From IMG/VR virus record IMGVR_UViG_3300030041_000010: a stretch of 64,000 nucleotides of DNA. One strand, written 5' to 3'. Shown in pieces: positions 55,169-64,000 of the stretch. Position numbers and translations under genes: made by a program. The notes below the pieces were generated by a model. It saw nothing but the letters and a program-made list of their open reading frames with translations, was not told the origin of the DNA and did no database searches. How positions within the stretch are numbered: position 1 is the stretch's first letter; each line of letters begins with the position of its first letter. The stretch comes from a virus.

Positions 55169-58100
55169 ATGAGCCTTACATTAACAGCAAATTTTGCGGC
55201 ACAAGCCAATTTGGTTCTTCCACTAGCCTCGAACAACAGTGGGCTGGCGGTTCGTGTCGTGTCCTTGGGCTCAGGAACCCTTGGCACGCTTACCGTGACG
55301 GGCCTTCAAGGCACGGCCACATGGACATTGAGTGAGGCTACCCCCTCTTGGTTTACTCTTGCGGTTAACACCGCAGGTACAGTCTGCACGTTATCTTTTA
55401 CGGGAGCCCAGTATCAATCTAATCCTTACGAGTTCTTTGTTTCCTGTACTGATGGGGTCAACCCAGCGGTCTCTTTCCCAATCTTCCTAGAGATTAAGAA
55501 CCCATTCTCGATTGCTCCGGTTGCCAGTTCTATAGTTAGTGGAACAACACTGACGATCCCATCGTACGATAGCACAGTGGGCGACATTGAAATTTTGGGT
55601 TATGGCCCATCTCAGTCAGTGCAATCTGAATGTAGTTTTATTCTTCCCACCCTCCCCACGGGGTTGAATTTTGTCACCTCGAACGAGGATCAACTGGTAC
55701 TTCGCGTTTCTGAACCCCACTTCGGTAATTCCCCCTTTGCGGCCACTGACCTGATTGGGGGGTTGCAACTTGATACATCCTCTCCGGTCACAGTTCCTCT
55801 AATTCTTTATGCGTATCAACCCGGTTCATTTTATGATGAACCTGATCGTGCATATCAGCTTAACCTCTCGGTTCAGTCTCAAACGCAAAAAGCAGGTACG
55901 CTGGATTTTGGCCTTGGAGCATACTTCAACACAACTTCAGGGCTCCTTGAGGTGGATGCTGATGTTGCTGTGCTTCTCGGCAATCTGCAAGCGTCAGGGA
56001 CACCAGTTGCTACCCCTTTGCAGTATCAGTGGACAACAGGCGACGGGACTATTGTACTTAGCGGAGGGGGTACTCTATCCAGCACATCAGCCACCTATAG
56101 CATCGCATCGACCACCTCTACCGGGGCAGTTCATCTTCAAATTCTGGATGCCCACGGAGCACCTGTCACGAGTGGGCTTAAGACTGTAAACTTCAATGAA
56201 CTTGGACCGAGTGGGATGAGTTCCAGTTGGCTCACCACGGCTGCTATAAAAGTGGGAGTCACACCTCCGTTTGGGTCAACGCCAAGTAAGGTGGTTGGAT
56301 ACGCGGGTCAGACTTTAACCATCACTTTGGCCTCTCCTGATGGCTTCAATTCTTCAGAGACTTTGTACTTTACAGTTAGTGCAGGAGGGCAGTCCTCGAT
56401 AGAAACGGCGCTTGCCAGCCCAACCATTACAAACACGGGCCTGTCCATTGATTCAGGTGTACCTACCACTACAGTATCTTTCCAGTTCCCCTCTGGCACC
56501 GCTATTGGCAACAAATGGGCGTTGCAGATTTCTGCCTCGAATGTGCCATCAGGATCACCCACTCGTCAAGGGTATACTCAGGTCTTGTTTGAATGCTTGG
56601 GTAACACCCCCTTGGTGGTCGGCGGGGTATCTTCTACGCTCAACACATCCACTGGCACTAACATTTCTCCAATTCAATTGTCGGCAACAAACGCTTTAAC
56701 TAGTGCCACAGTTGCAGCCACGTACGAGTTAATTGGTGGCTCGGAGTTTGGTACTGGTGTTCTCGGGGCACCTGATGGTTTGTACATCAACACTTCGAAT
56801 CAGATTGCGGGTAACGCCCTCACCCCCGGTGTTTACAAGTTTGTTGTAGCGGCGACAGCAGCAGGTTATCAGCGTAGTTATAGTAATGTCGTTACCATGA
56901 CAGTCACTCAAGTGGCTTCTCAACTCCAGATTACGAACCCCACATCATCGGTCGGTTCGGTTCAGGACAATACCACATTTACGATTTCTTGGGGGACAAC
57001 AGGGACTCCATCGGCCCTATATCTCGCAAAGGGGTTTCCCACATCCACCTCGATAGTCACGGTGACTAGCGACACTTCCGCTGTTGTTCAACAGGTGGGA
57101 TCATCTGTGTACAGTGTCTATGGAACGAGCTATTACGGTACCTCTTACTCGGTGCCTTTGGCTGTTATTTCCAGTTCCATCGCTCAGGCAACAAACCTTC
57201 TACCAGCCCCGACCATCGCTGTTATTGACGAGAACTATGAGCTTACGGCAAACTGGCAACCCTACACGGTAAATGGAGCGTACACCGCATATTCAGGGTG
57301 GAACATAACGCTACAAACTCCACCGTCTGTTGGTACTTTGATTACGGTATTCAACACCGGCCTTGAAAATGGTGGCACAGCATCCGCTCGTGTGTTTGAA
57401 GAGGGGTTAGGGGTTGGTGACTATGCCATGAATATGACGGCTCTGACCGCCAACTCTTCCATCGCGCTCAACTCAAACCCATGGGACTCAAGTCATGTAT
57501 TCCCTGCTTCTATACAAGCCGCAAACCTCACGCTTAGCAGTACAAATCTGCTGCTTGGACAGACTCTGACCATCACGCTAAACCCAAACTACGATGTCGC
57601 GGGTTCGTGGCAAGTTTTGTTCCCTGATAACACTTCGACCGGGTGGTTGCCACTTAGCACACGTTCTGTTGCGAAGTCATTCAATATCTCCGGCGCTTTG
57701 GACGTTGTGGTTCAAACTCAAAATGATTTTAGTACAGCAAACCCTCCGGTAAAGCTACGTCGGCAGTTTACACAGCAGATTTATGTGGTTGACCAACAGT
57801 ACAACCCCGGTGCCACTACGCAGAACAATTTAACCGGCACGCTTGGTATCGGCGGTAGCAATGGTTTTGAAATTGTAAATGCCTCAGGCGGCTTAGCTAC
57901 GCCCCAGCCGTATGAGGTGATCGTTCGTTCTATCGCTCGCGATACAGTCACTAATGAACTCAAACTGATGGTTGCCACGTCACGATTCTCTAATGCCAGT
58001 TCGTTGCTCAACACCATGGCGATTGATGTGTTCCCGATGATGGGTCGTCCACATGCCAAGGAATTGATCGACCCTATTTACGTTCTTGAGGTTAACTCAG

Positions 58101-61100
58101 CCACTTCATCCTCTCCTGTGGCTATCACTACAATCACCTTGCCATCAACCTCTTATGTTGGTAAGCCGATGCAAGAGTTTAAAATGCAAGCATCTGGTGG
58201 CACCTTAGGTTACAGTTGGTTTGCTACTGGTTTGCCTCCGGGGCTCAAGATGAATGTGGATGGTACGATTAGTGGAACCCCGACAGCACTCGGTGCGTTC
58301 CCTGTCACCTTCGCTTGCATGGATAGTAGCAGCCCTGCGTATATTGCAGAAACCACTCTGACATTTACAATTCCAACCGATTTGCTTATTGTTGCTAACC
58401 TTCCTCTCCCCACTGCGGTTGTGGGGACAAGGTATCCCGGCACTCTCACTCAAATTTCAAATACTGGTGGGTTGGCCCCTTACACTTGGGAGATTGTGGC
58501 GGGGGCTCTTCCGGTTGGCATGACCATCGACCCTAATTTGGGGGTGTTAGGGGGCGTCCCCTGCACTTATACCTCAGAGTTTCCTGAATCAGGATACACC
58601 GAGACTTATAATTTCGTTGTGCAGGTTACGGATGCCATTAGCGCGAAGGCATCGAGTAACTTCAGCATGAGTCTAGCTCCTGCCGCTCTTGCTTTCGGTC
58701 CGGTTGACCAGCCAGTCATCTCTGCGAGTGAGCAGTACAAGTTGGCTGTTCCGGTGTATGGAGGTCACTATCCATACACACTAAGCTCCCCCACAGACTC
58801 CGGGGTCACTCTTGTTAATGGTCAGGTCGAATTCATCGTTAGCCCCACAACCTCGGCTGTTGGTACACTGGCCTCGTTCAATGCCACAGTGCTTGATAGC
58901 AGCGGGACTATTCCCGCTCCTGTTGCCCACGGGCCTGTTCAGTACCGAGTGAAAACCCCGGTTAGTGCGGTGTATATTCCTCAAGCGTTTTTTGATAATT
59001 TTTGGGGTTCAGGAGACACCACATCTATAACTCATGATGTCATCGGCAGTCTGTCCGGATTCTCAATTCAACCAAGCACTACGACTTTAAGTGATGGCTT
59101 AACACTAACTATCACTGGCTCGGGCTCACCGGCTGCAACAGTCTCCGGTCCGCCTACGTCGTCTCTAAACATTCAGGTACCTGTTCAGCTTCCAATCCTT
59201 CAGGGTAGCAGTCAGGTGGCAACCGTCACTCGTGAATACACTCTGCTGTCGCATAGTGGAACAAGCAGCATTGGGACGGTACAATGCAACACCCGTCCGT
59301 ATATTGTTGGGGGTTTTGTGGGATTGAATCCACTCAAGCCTTGGTTCAACTCTCCAACAGTTAATCTCGCGGGTCTCACAGCCCGTGTTCAACTTGGCTC
59401 ATCACTGCCCACGGGTCTTTCGTTTGATTCCAACACCATGTTGATCTATGGTGTCCTCGGCGCGATAGCCACCGGCCAGAGCATCATTGAGTACATTGAC
59501 ATTAACAGTGTTATTCAAGGCACAGTGACCATTGTATGGGACACTCAAAACAATGCTTTTCAACTCACCGACAACATTGTGGATGGACAAACGCAGACAG
59601 CTATCACGGCGGGGGCAAGCACCATCTCTACCTCTACCCCTGTTACTGTATGCACTGTCTATCGTGGCCGTCTACCTATTGGACTCTCTTTATTGGTTGA
59701 TCCTTCAGGTAACTTTGTTTCAATTGTGGGAACGCCCACTGAGGCGGGGTACTTCGATATTTGGTTCCGCCTCACCACATCTAGTGGTAAGTCGGCCACC
59801 TTATATCATCGCCTCTTTGTCGATTACATTAACCCACTGGTCATTCTGACTTCATCATTGCCAACGGCAGTTACAGGTCAGCCGTACGATGGGGGATCGT
59901 TCCAGCTTCAAGGCTTTGGGGGTATTCCCTTCTCTCCCCCGGCTCAGCCGTACACATGGTCGATTACATCCACACCCGCAGGTATGTCATTCAGTACCAG
60001 CACAGGTACGCTGTCTGGAACCCCCACGGGCGGGGCTTCCACTACAACCCTTGGTTTCACTGTCACTGATTCAAGAGGTGTAACGGCATCACGCTCTATA
60101 CCCTTCACCATCGTCAACGCTGTTACCATTCAAACAACAGTGTTGCCTACAATTCAGATAGGTGTTCCTTATTCTTTTCAGGTTGTCGCAGTCGGCGGCA
60201 CAACGCCATATAACTGGACATGCGCTCAGCTTCCCCTTTCCGGTATTTCTATCAATGCGTCCACCGGGGTCATTTCGGGTACAACCTCAAGCATTATTAC
60301 TGTTACGTCCATCACCGTCGTAGTTCAGGACAGTAGTCTAGGCACCGCTTCAAAGCCTTTCGCACTTCAGACAGGGGCTCAGGGTGGTATGTCCATTGAT
60401 GCATCAGGTGTTGGTGTAATCGACCGTGGCGCTCCTTATCAAGGGAATTTGAGGGCAGTGGGCACCGCACCTGTCCCCTATCTTCCTGTGTCGTGGCGTG
60501 TTGATTTGAGCAGCCCAAACCCCCTCCCGACTGGCCTCACGTTACAGGCCAATTCGGCTGACCAAGGGGTGACAGCTATTATCTCAGGTTCGACCACCTC
60601 TGTATTAACCTCTTACCCTGTGATTATCTCTGCGACTGACGCTATTGGAAATCCAGCCTCGATAACGCTTTCTCTTAACACAGCGTCTACCCTTCACATA
60701 ACCACAACCTCTTTACCACAAGGTGTTGTGTCATTGAGCTATAACGGGGGAACACCGTACCAGTTGACTGCCGCAGGATATAACACACCATTTACTTGGA
60801 GCGTCATATCGAGCACGCCAACTTCATTCCCTTATACGTTATCCTCCTCAGGGGCAATCTCTGGCACCAGCGGTTCAGCGTTTAATGGCAGCGTCGTTTT
60901 CCAAGTGGCAGATAGTTTAAGCCCCACTGATATAGACCAAGTTACCCTTGGCCTCATTGTCTCGGCGTCTACTCTACAAATCACAACTAACTCTCCGTTA
61001 GCTCAGGGGACAGCAGGAGTCTCATACACTGCACCTTTGGCGGCAACAGGTGGGGTTCCATCCTACACGTGGGCGGTCTCCCCAGTATCAGCCAACTCGC

Positions 61101-61645
61101 TTCCATCAGGGTTGAGTCTGGCAACAAGCACCGGGATAATTTCTGGGGCTACAAGTCAAGTTGGCACAAAGGTTATCACTTTCCGCGTAACTGACAGTAT
61201 TGGGTCTTATGTAGATAAAGCTTTGTCGTTGACTTTCATCAGTGGTCTTACACTGTATACGGGAATTGATTACACAGATAGTCTATCAACTAACTATCTT
61301 GGGTTTATTGATACCGGCAACACCGCATCTGTCAACCCTCGTCCTAACTACTCGTTTTATGTGGTGGCAACAGGGGTAATCACAACGAGTATGTCAGCTT
61401 TGCAAGGGGGTATCTCGATCAGCAACTCCGGGTTTACAGCCACGGTGGTGTCGCTGACGGGTGGTGTTGCTTATATCAGCATCTCTGGCCCTTTCTCTTC
61501 GGGAGCTACTGGAGATAACTCATTTGGAATTACGGTAGTGGATTCTGGTGTAACAGTTACTGGAACCTTTAAGTGGATGGTATATAGCGATGGGACTCTG
61601 CGTGCCGCCGCGACCAACACATTCCCGACGCAACTTACTAGTTAA
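55169..61645 (+). CDS. 2158 aa Ig-repeat (He_PIG-like) virion surface protein
   Basis: Many I.T..LP....G..Y...L.A.GG..PY.W.....LP.GL......G.ISGTP repeats. Confidence 0.8.
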   Translation: MSLTLTANFAAQANLVLPLASNNSGLAVRVVSLGSGTLGTLTVTGLQGTATWTLSEATPSWFTLAVNTAGTVCTLSFTGAQYQSNPYEFFVSCTDGVNPAVSFPIFLEIKNPFSIAPVASSIVSGTTLTIPSYDSTVGDIEILGYGPSQSVQSECSFILPTLPTGLNFVTSNEDQLVLRVSEPHFGNSPFAATDLIGGLQLDTSSPVTVPLILYAYQPGSFYDEPDRAYQLNLSVQSQTQKAGTLDFGLGAYFNTTSGLLEVDADVAVLLGNLQASGTPVATPLQYQWTTGDGTIVLSGGGTLSSTSATYSIASTTSTGAVHLQILDAHGAPVTSGLKTVNFNELGPSGMSSSWLTTAAIKVGVTPPFGSTPSKVVGYAGQTLTITLASPDGFNSSETLYFTVSAGGQSSIETALASPTITNTGLSIDSGVPTTTVSFQFPSGTAIGNKWALQISASNVPSGSPTRQGYTQVLFECLGNTPLVVGGVSSTLNTSTGTNISPIQLSATNALTSATVAATYELIGGSEFGTGVLGAPDGLYINTSNQIAGNALTPGVYKFVVAATAAGYQRSYSNVVTMTVTQVASQLQITNPTSSVGSVQDNTTFTISWGTTGTPSALYLAKGFPTSTSIVTVTSDTSAVVQQVGSSVYSVYGTSYYGTSYSVPLAVISSSIAQATNLLPAPTIAVIDENYELTANWQPYTVNGAYTAYSGWNITLQTPPSVGTLITVFNTGLENGGTASARVFEEGLGVGDYAMNMTALTANSSIALNSNPWDSSHVFPASIQAANLTLSSTNLLLGQTLTITLNPNYDVAGSWQVLFPDNTSTGWLPLSTRSVAKSFNISGALDVVVQTQNDFSTANPPVKLRRQFTQQIYVVDQQYNPGATTQNNLTGTLGIGGSNGFEIVNASGGLATPQPYEVIVRSIARDTVTNELKLMVATSRFSNASSLLNTMAIDVFPMMGRPHAKELIDPIYVLEVNSATSSSPVAITTITLPSTSYVGKPMQEFKMQASGGTLGYSWFATGLPPGLKMNVDGTISGTPTALGAFPVTFACMDSSSPAYIAETTLTFTIPTDLLIVANLPLPTAVVGTRYPGTLTQISNTGGLAPYTWEIVAGALPVGMTIDPNLGVLGGVPCTYTSEFPESGYTETYNFVVQVTDAISAKASSNFSMSLAPAALAFGPVDQPVISASEQYKLAVPVYGGHYPYTLSSPTDSGVTLVNGQVEFIVSPTTSAVGTLASFNATVLDSSGTIPAPVAHGPVQYRVKTPVSAVYIPQAFFDNFWGSGDTTSITHDVIGSLSGFSIQPSTTTLSDGLTLTITGSGSPAATVSGPPTSSLNIQVPVQLPILQGSSQVATVTREYTLLSHSGTSSIGTVQCNTRPYIVGGFVGLNPLKPWFNSPTVNLAGLTARVQLGSSLPTGLSFDSNTMLIYGVLGAIATGQSIIEYIDINSVIQGTVTIVWDTQNNAFQLTDNIVDGQTQTAITAGASTISTSTPVTVCTVYRGRLPIGLSLLVDPSGNFVSIVGTPTEAGYFDIWFRLTTSSGKSATLYHRLFVDYINPLVILTSSLPTAVTGQPYDGGSFQLQGFGGIPFSPPAQPYTWSITSTPAGMSFSTSTGTLSGTPTGGASTTTLGFTVTDSRGVTASRSIPFTIVNAVTIQTTVLPTIQIGVPYSFQVVAVGGTTPYNWTCAQLPLSGISINASTGVISGTTSSIITVTSITVVVQDSSLGTASKPFALQTGAQGGMSIDASGVGVIDRGAPYQGNLRAVGTAPVPYLPVSWRVDLSSPNPLPTGLTLQANSADQGVTAIISGSTTSVLTSYPVIISATDAIGNPASITLSLNTASTLHITTTSLPQGVVSLSYNGGTPYQLTAAGYNTPFTWSVISSTPTSFPYTLSSSGAISGTSGSAFNGSVVFQVADSLSPTDIDQVTLGLIVSASTLQITTNSPLAQGTAGVSYTAPLAATGGVPSYTWAVSPVSANSLPSGLSLATSTGIISGATSQVGTKVITFRVTDSIGSYVDKALSLTFISGLTLYTGIDYTDSLSTNYLGFIDTGNTASVNPRPNYSFYVVATGVITTSMSALQGGISISNSGFTATVVSLTGGVAYISISGPFSSGATGDNSFGITVVDSGVTVTGTFKWMVYSDGTLRAAATNTFPTQLTS

Positions 61646-61659
61646 GAGGTATATTAAAA

Positions 61660-63879
61660 ATGGGTACTCAATACGAAACAGTCACAGTCACGGTAGGAGG
61701 GGTTAACCCACAAACTATCACTGTATCGGTGCCGGTAAATACTTCCACAGGCACTGGATCAGCCACGTTCTCCTACACTGGGGCTCACGGGGGTACTGAC
61801 ACTCTTAGTGGAAGTGGGACCATCGCAGGAACTGCCTATACCTCGAACTCGGCTGAGGTGAGTTGGCAGGGCACAAATGGACAGATTCAAATTGGCCCGG
61901 TCACGGCCTATATGTGGAATGACTCAAATACGGTCACCGCTATTCAGAACTACCCTAAGTTCAACCCGGCTGACCCGGCAGTCACATCTTTGGGCATCCA
62001 ATCAGGCTTAGCCTCCAGTAATGGCAACGGGTTGGCGGTTCTTTCTACCAGCTATGGGTATGTTGGCTCAGCGGTAGGTAACTCCTTGGTCCTTGACGCG
62101 GGAGGGATTGGTAATAGTAACCCCCTCACTTGGGAGACTCTGACTGCCACTGGTGGTATTGTAGGATCGACCAGCCCTTTCCCTTCTGTAAGCACTAACT
62201 TTAATGCGGTGTTTTTGTGCAACATAATTGTTCCGACCGCTGGAACACACACTATTAACGTGCAAAACAAGCACCAAGTGTTAGTGGGTATTGGTGGACT
62301 ATTCGGCGGCACGCCCTTTGCTTCGGCTCCGTTTTATTCCACAGGGAGTAACATCCCACCCGCAGGTCAGACAATGACCGCATATAGCGGCTTCCCGCTT
62401 TTGCCATGGTTTCCATACAACAACATCTCCTATCCGGAACCTGTTACTTCAATTAGCGTCAACTTCCCTTCAGCGGGTATCTATCCGATGGAAGTTGATT
62501 ATGACTACTGGTACCACAGCGGACGTACTATGTGCCTCAGTTTTGACAACGCGACCACATCATTCGGGGGTAATAGTGTACCCACCAACTACCCGGTAAC
62601 CACCAGTGTTGTCACTCCTCCTCCTGCCAGCACCCCTTCTGGTGTTCTTACAATCACCCCGGCTGGTGGAGTTACCAACTTCCAGTTTACGGGAAGCCCA
62701 ATCACTCTGACGGTTAACATATCAGGGGTTACGTATACCTCGAAATCATACTGCCCTGTGCTTGAAGGAACCAGTGGTAATTTGCTTTTGTACAACAGCG
62801 CATCCAGCAGCACTTACACATTTCAGACCTATAATGGAAACTCGGTTAATAAAACAGCGTATGCCCCGGTCGGATTCCAGCTATCCTCGGCGGATAACAA
62901 TGCCTATCAGGGATTATTTGGTGTGTCGTATAACGGCTCTGACTTCTCGTTGAATTACAATGGGACTACGGCCAACTCAACTAGTGCATCCCGCGTGCTT
63001 TCCACTAGCTTGATCGTCACGGCGGATGATGTTGCTTGGTTCAACAACTCGAACAACTCTTTCGACCTCTTTGTTCCAGCGGGTTCAACGGGGGGGAACA
63101 CCTTTAATTTCGAGGTGGATTATATGAACAATCCTTCAGTGGCATCCATCTCACCTACTACAATTACAGCCAATGGGAATAGCTATACGTTAGTTATCTC
63201 ACTGAGTAAGGCGTTTTCACCTCAGCAGCAGGGAGCGTTTGGTACAGGAAACACAGTCAATTGTAGTTGCTCGATTACCGGCGCTACCTCAACCGGAAGC
63301 CCTTCTCCTAACTTAGATTCCGGTGGGTGGCTTACAGGGTGGAACGTACCCTTTACTGCCCCCTTAGCCACATCAAATCAGACCTTGACTGTTAGCCTCA
63401 CTGTGTCGGGGACTCTCACTTACCTTAGTGGCGACACGTTTGTGACTAACACTATCACTTATATTAGTGGGAATGTTGGGACTATAACAGCAAATGGTTC
63501 CACGTATTTGCCTCCTAGTGCTCAGAGTTTTTCTGTCTCGCCATCTGGCCCTACCTATCCATATACCACTACGTCAGTTACTGCAACCGCAACTGTGTTT
63601 ACAGTAGCCACAAATGATTCAGTGACTTGTATTTTCAAATACCAACCAGTTGGAGCCTCGGGTTCAGGGACTATCGGAACGGGAAGTCAAACATCCTCCA
63701 TTCCAGCCACTATAGGTTCTACTGCTGGTTATCTGCAAACATTCACCTTTACATTCAACCCTAATTCGTTTCTTGGCGACCCAGCAGGTAACTATCTTGG
63801 GTTTACCGCGACTGACAACGTAAGTGGTCTAACTTGTAGCTACACTTCGACTACGGTATACACCGTAACACATCCTTAA
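61660..63879 (+). CDS. structural/adhesin protein with PA14-like and Ig-like domains
   Basis: FNAVF...IIVPTAGTHTI...AGIYPMEVDY pattern; S/T/G-rich. Confidence 0.55.
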   Translation: MGTQYETVTVTVGGVNPQTITVSVPVNTSTGTGSATFSYTGAHGGTDTLSGSGTIAGTAYTSNSAEVSWQGTNGQIQIGPVTAYMWNDSNTVTAIQNYPKFNPADPAVTSLGIQSGLASSNGNGLAVLSTSYGYVGSAVGNSLVLDAGGIGNSNPLTWETLTATGGIVGSTSPFPSVSTNFNAVFLCNIIVPTAGTHTINVQNKHQVLVGIGGLFGGTPFASAPFYSTGSNIPPAGQTMTAYSGFPLLPWFPYNNISYPEPVTSISVNFPSAGIYPMEVDYDYWYHSGRTMCLSFDNATTSFGGNSVPTNYPVTTSVVTPPPASTPSGVLTITPAGGVTNFQFTGSPITLTVNISGVTYTSKSYCPVLEGTSGNLLLYNSASSSTYTFQTYNGNSVNKTAYAPVGFQLSSADNNAYQGLFGVSYNGSDFSLNYNGTTANSTSASRVLSTSLIVTADDVAWFNNSNNSFDLFVPAGSTGGNTFNFEVDYMNNPSVASISPTTITANGNSYTLVISLSKAFSPQQQGAFGTGNTVNCSCSITGATSTGSPSPNLDSGGWLTGWNVPFTAPLATSNQTLTVSLTVSGTLTYLSGDTFVTNTITYISGNVGTITANGSTYLPPSAQSFSVSPSGPTYPYTTTSVTATATVFTVATNDSVTCIFKYQPVGASGSGTIGTGSQTSSIPATIGSTAGYLQTFTFTFNPNSFLGDPAGNYLGFTATDNVSGLTCSYTSTTVYTVTHP

Positions 63880-63898
63880 TTAGGAGAAATACGACAGT

Positions 63899-64000
63899 AT
63901 GTCCGATAGTTTCGTGTATGCGTACGCACACCCACCGTTCAATTTTTTAGGGCACTTCTCAGCTAGTCAGTGGAGTGCCTTTCAGTCTTGGGTGTCTGAT
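63899..64000 (+). CDS. start of next gene, runs off the window edge
   Basis: AGGAG ribosome-binding site; MSDSFVYAYAHPPFNFLGHFSASQW... Confidence 0.6.
   Translation, partial: MSDSFVYAYAHPPFNFLGHFSASQWSAFQSWVSD

Noticed and set aside
1-64000. CRISPR array, DGR template/variable repeats or stop-codon reassignment
   Set aside because: No regularly spaced repeats, no reverse transcriptase and no suppressor tRNA seen; long genes are intact in code 11 and all three stop codons are used.

Overview
This window looks like part of a large tailed-phage genome with a contractile-tail (myovirus-like) gene set; the host cannot be read directly from the sequence. The left third (minus strand) carries a DinG/Rad3-like helicase, a metallophosphoesterase and a ~5.8 kb RNA operon (13425 to 7619). 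That operon holds 16 readable tRNA genes, several tRNA-like RNAs with aberrant anticodon arms, a bacterial-type RNase P RNA, a Seg-like GIY-YIG endonuclease and an orphan DUF1778 (TacA/AtaR-like) antitoxin fragment. Next come a class II ribonucleotide reductase and a DnaB / DUF1376 / DnaC-like replication module, then tail chaperones, tape measure, baseplate, lysis, fibre-like and large Ig-repeat virion genes. The main discovery is upstream of the RNA operon: a sigma70-like promoter, a 47-codon leader ORF and overlapping antiterminator/terminator hairpins. The leader contains 20 consecutive codons (19 GNN plus one TGC) that match the 12 anticodons in the downstream array (Val, Ala, Asp, Glu, Gly, Cys). 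This looks like a ribosome-coupled attenuator that switches on a tRNA array when those same tRNAs are depleted. All calls come from manual reading; no searches or folding programs were run.
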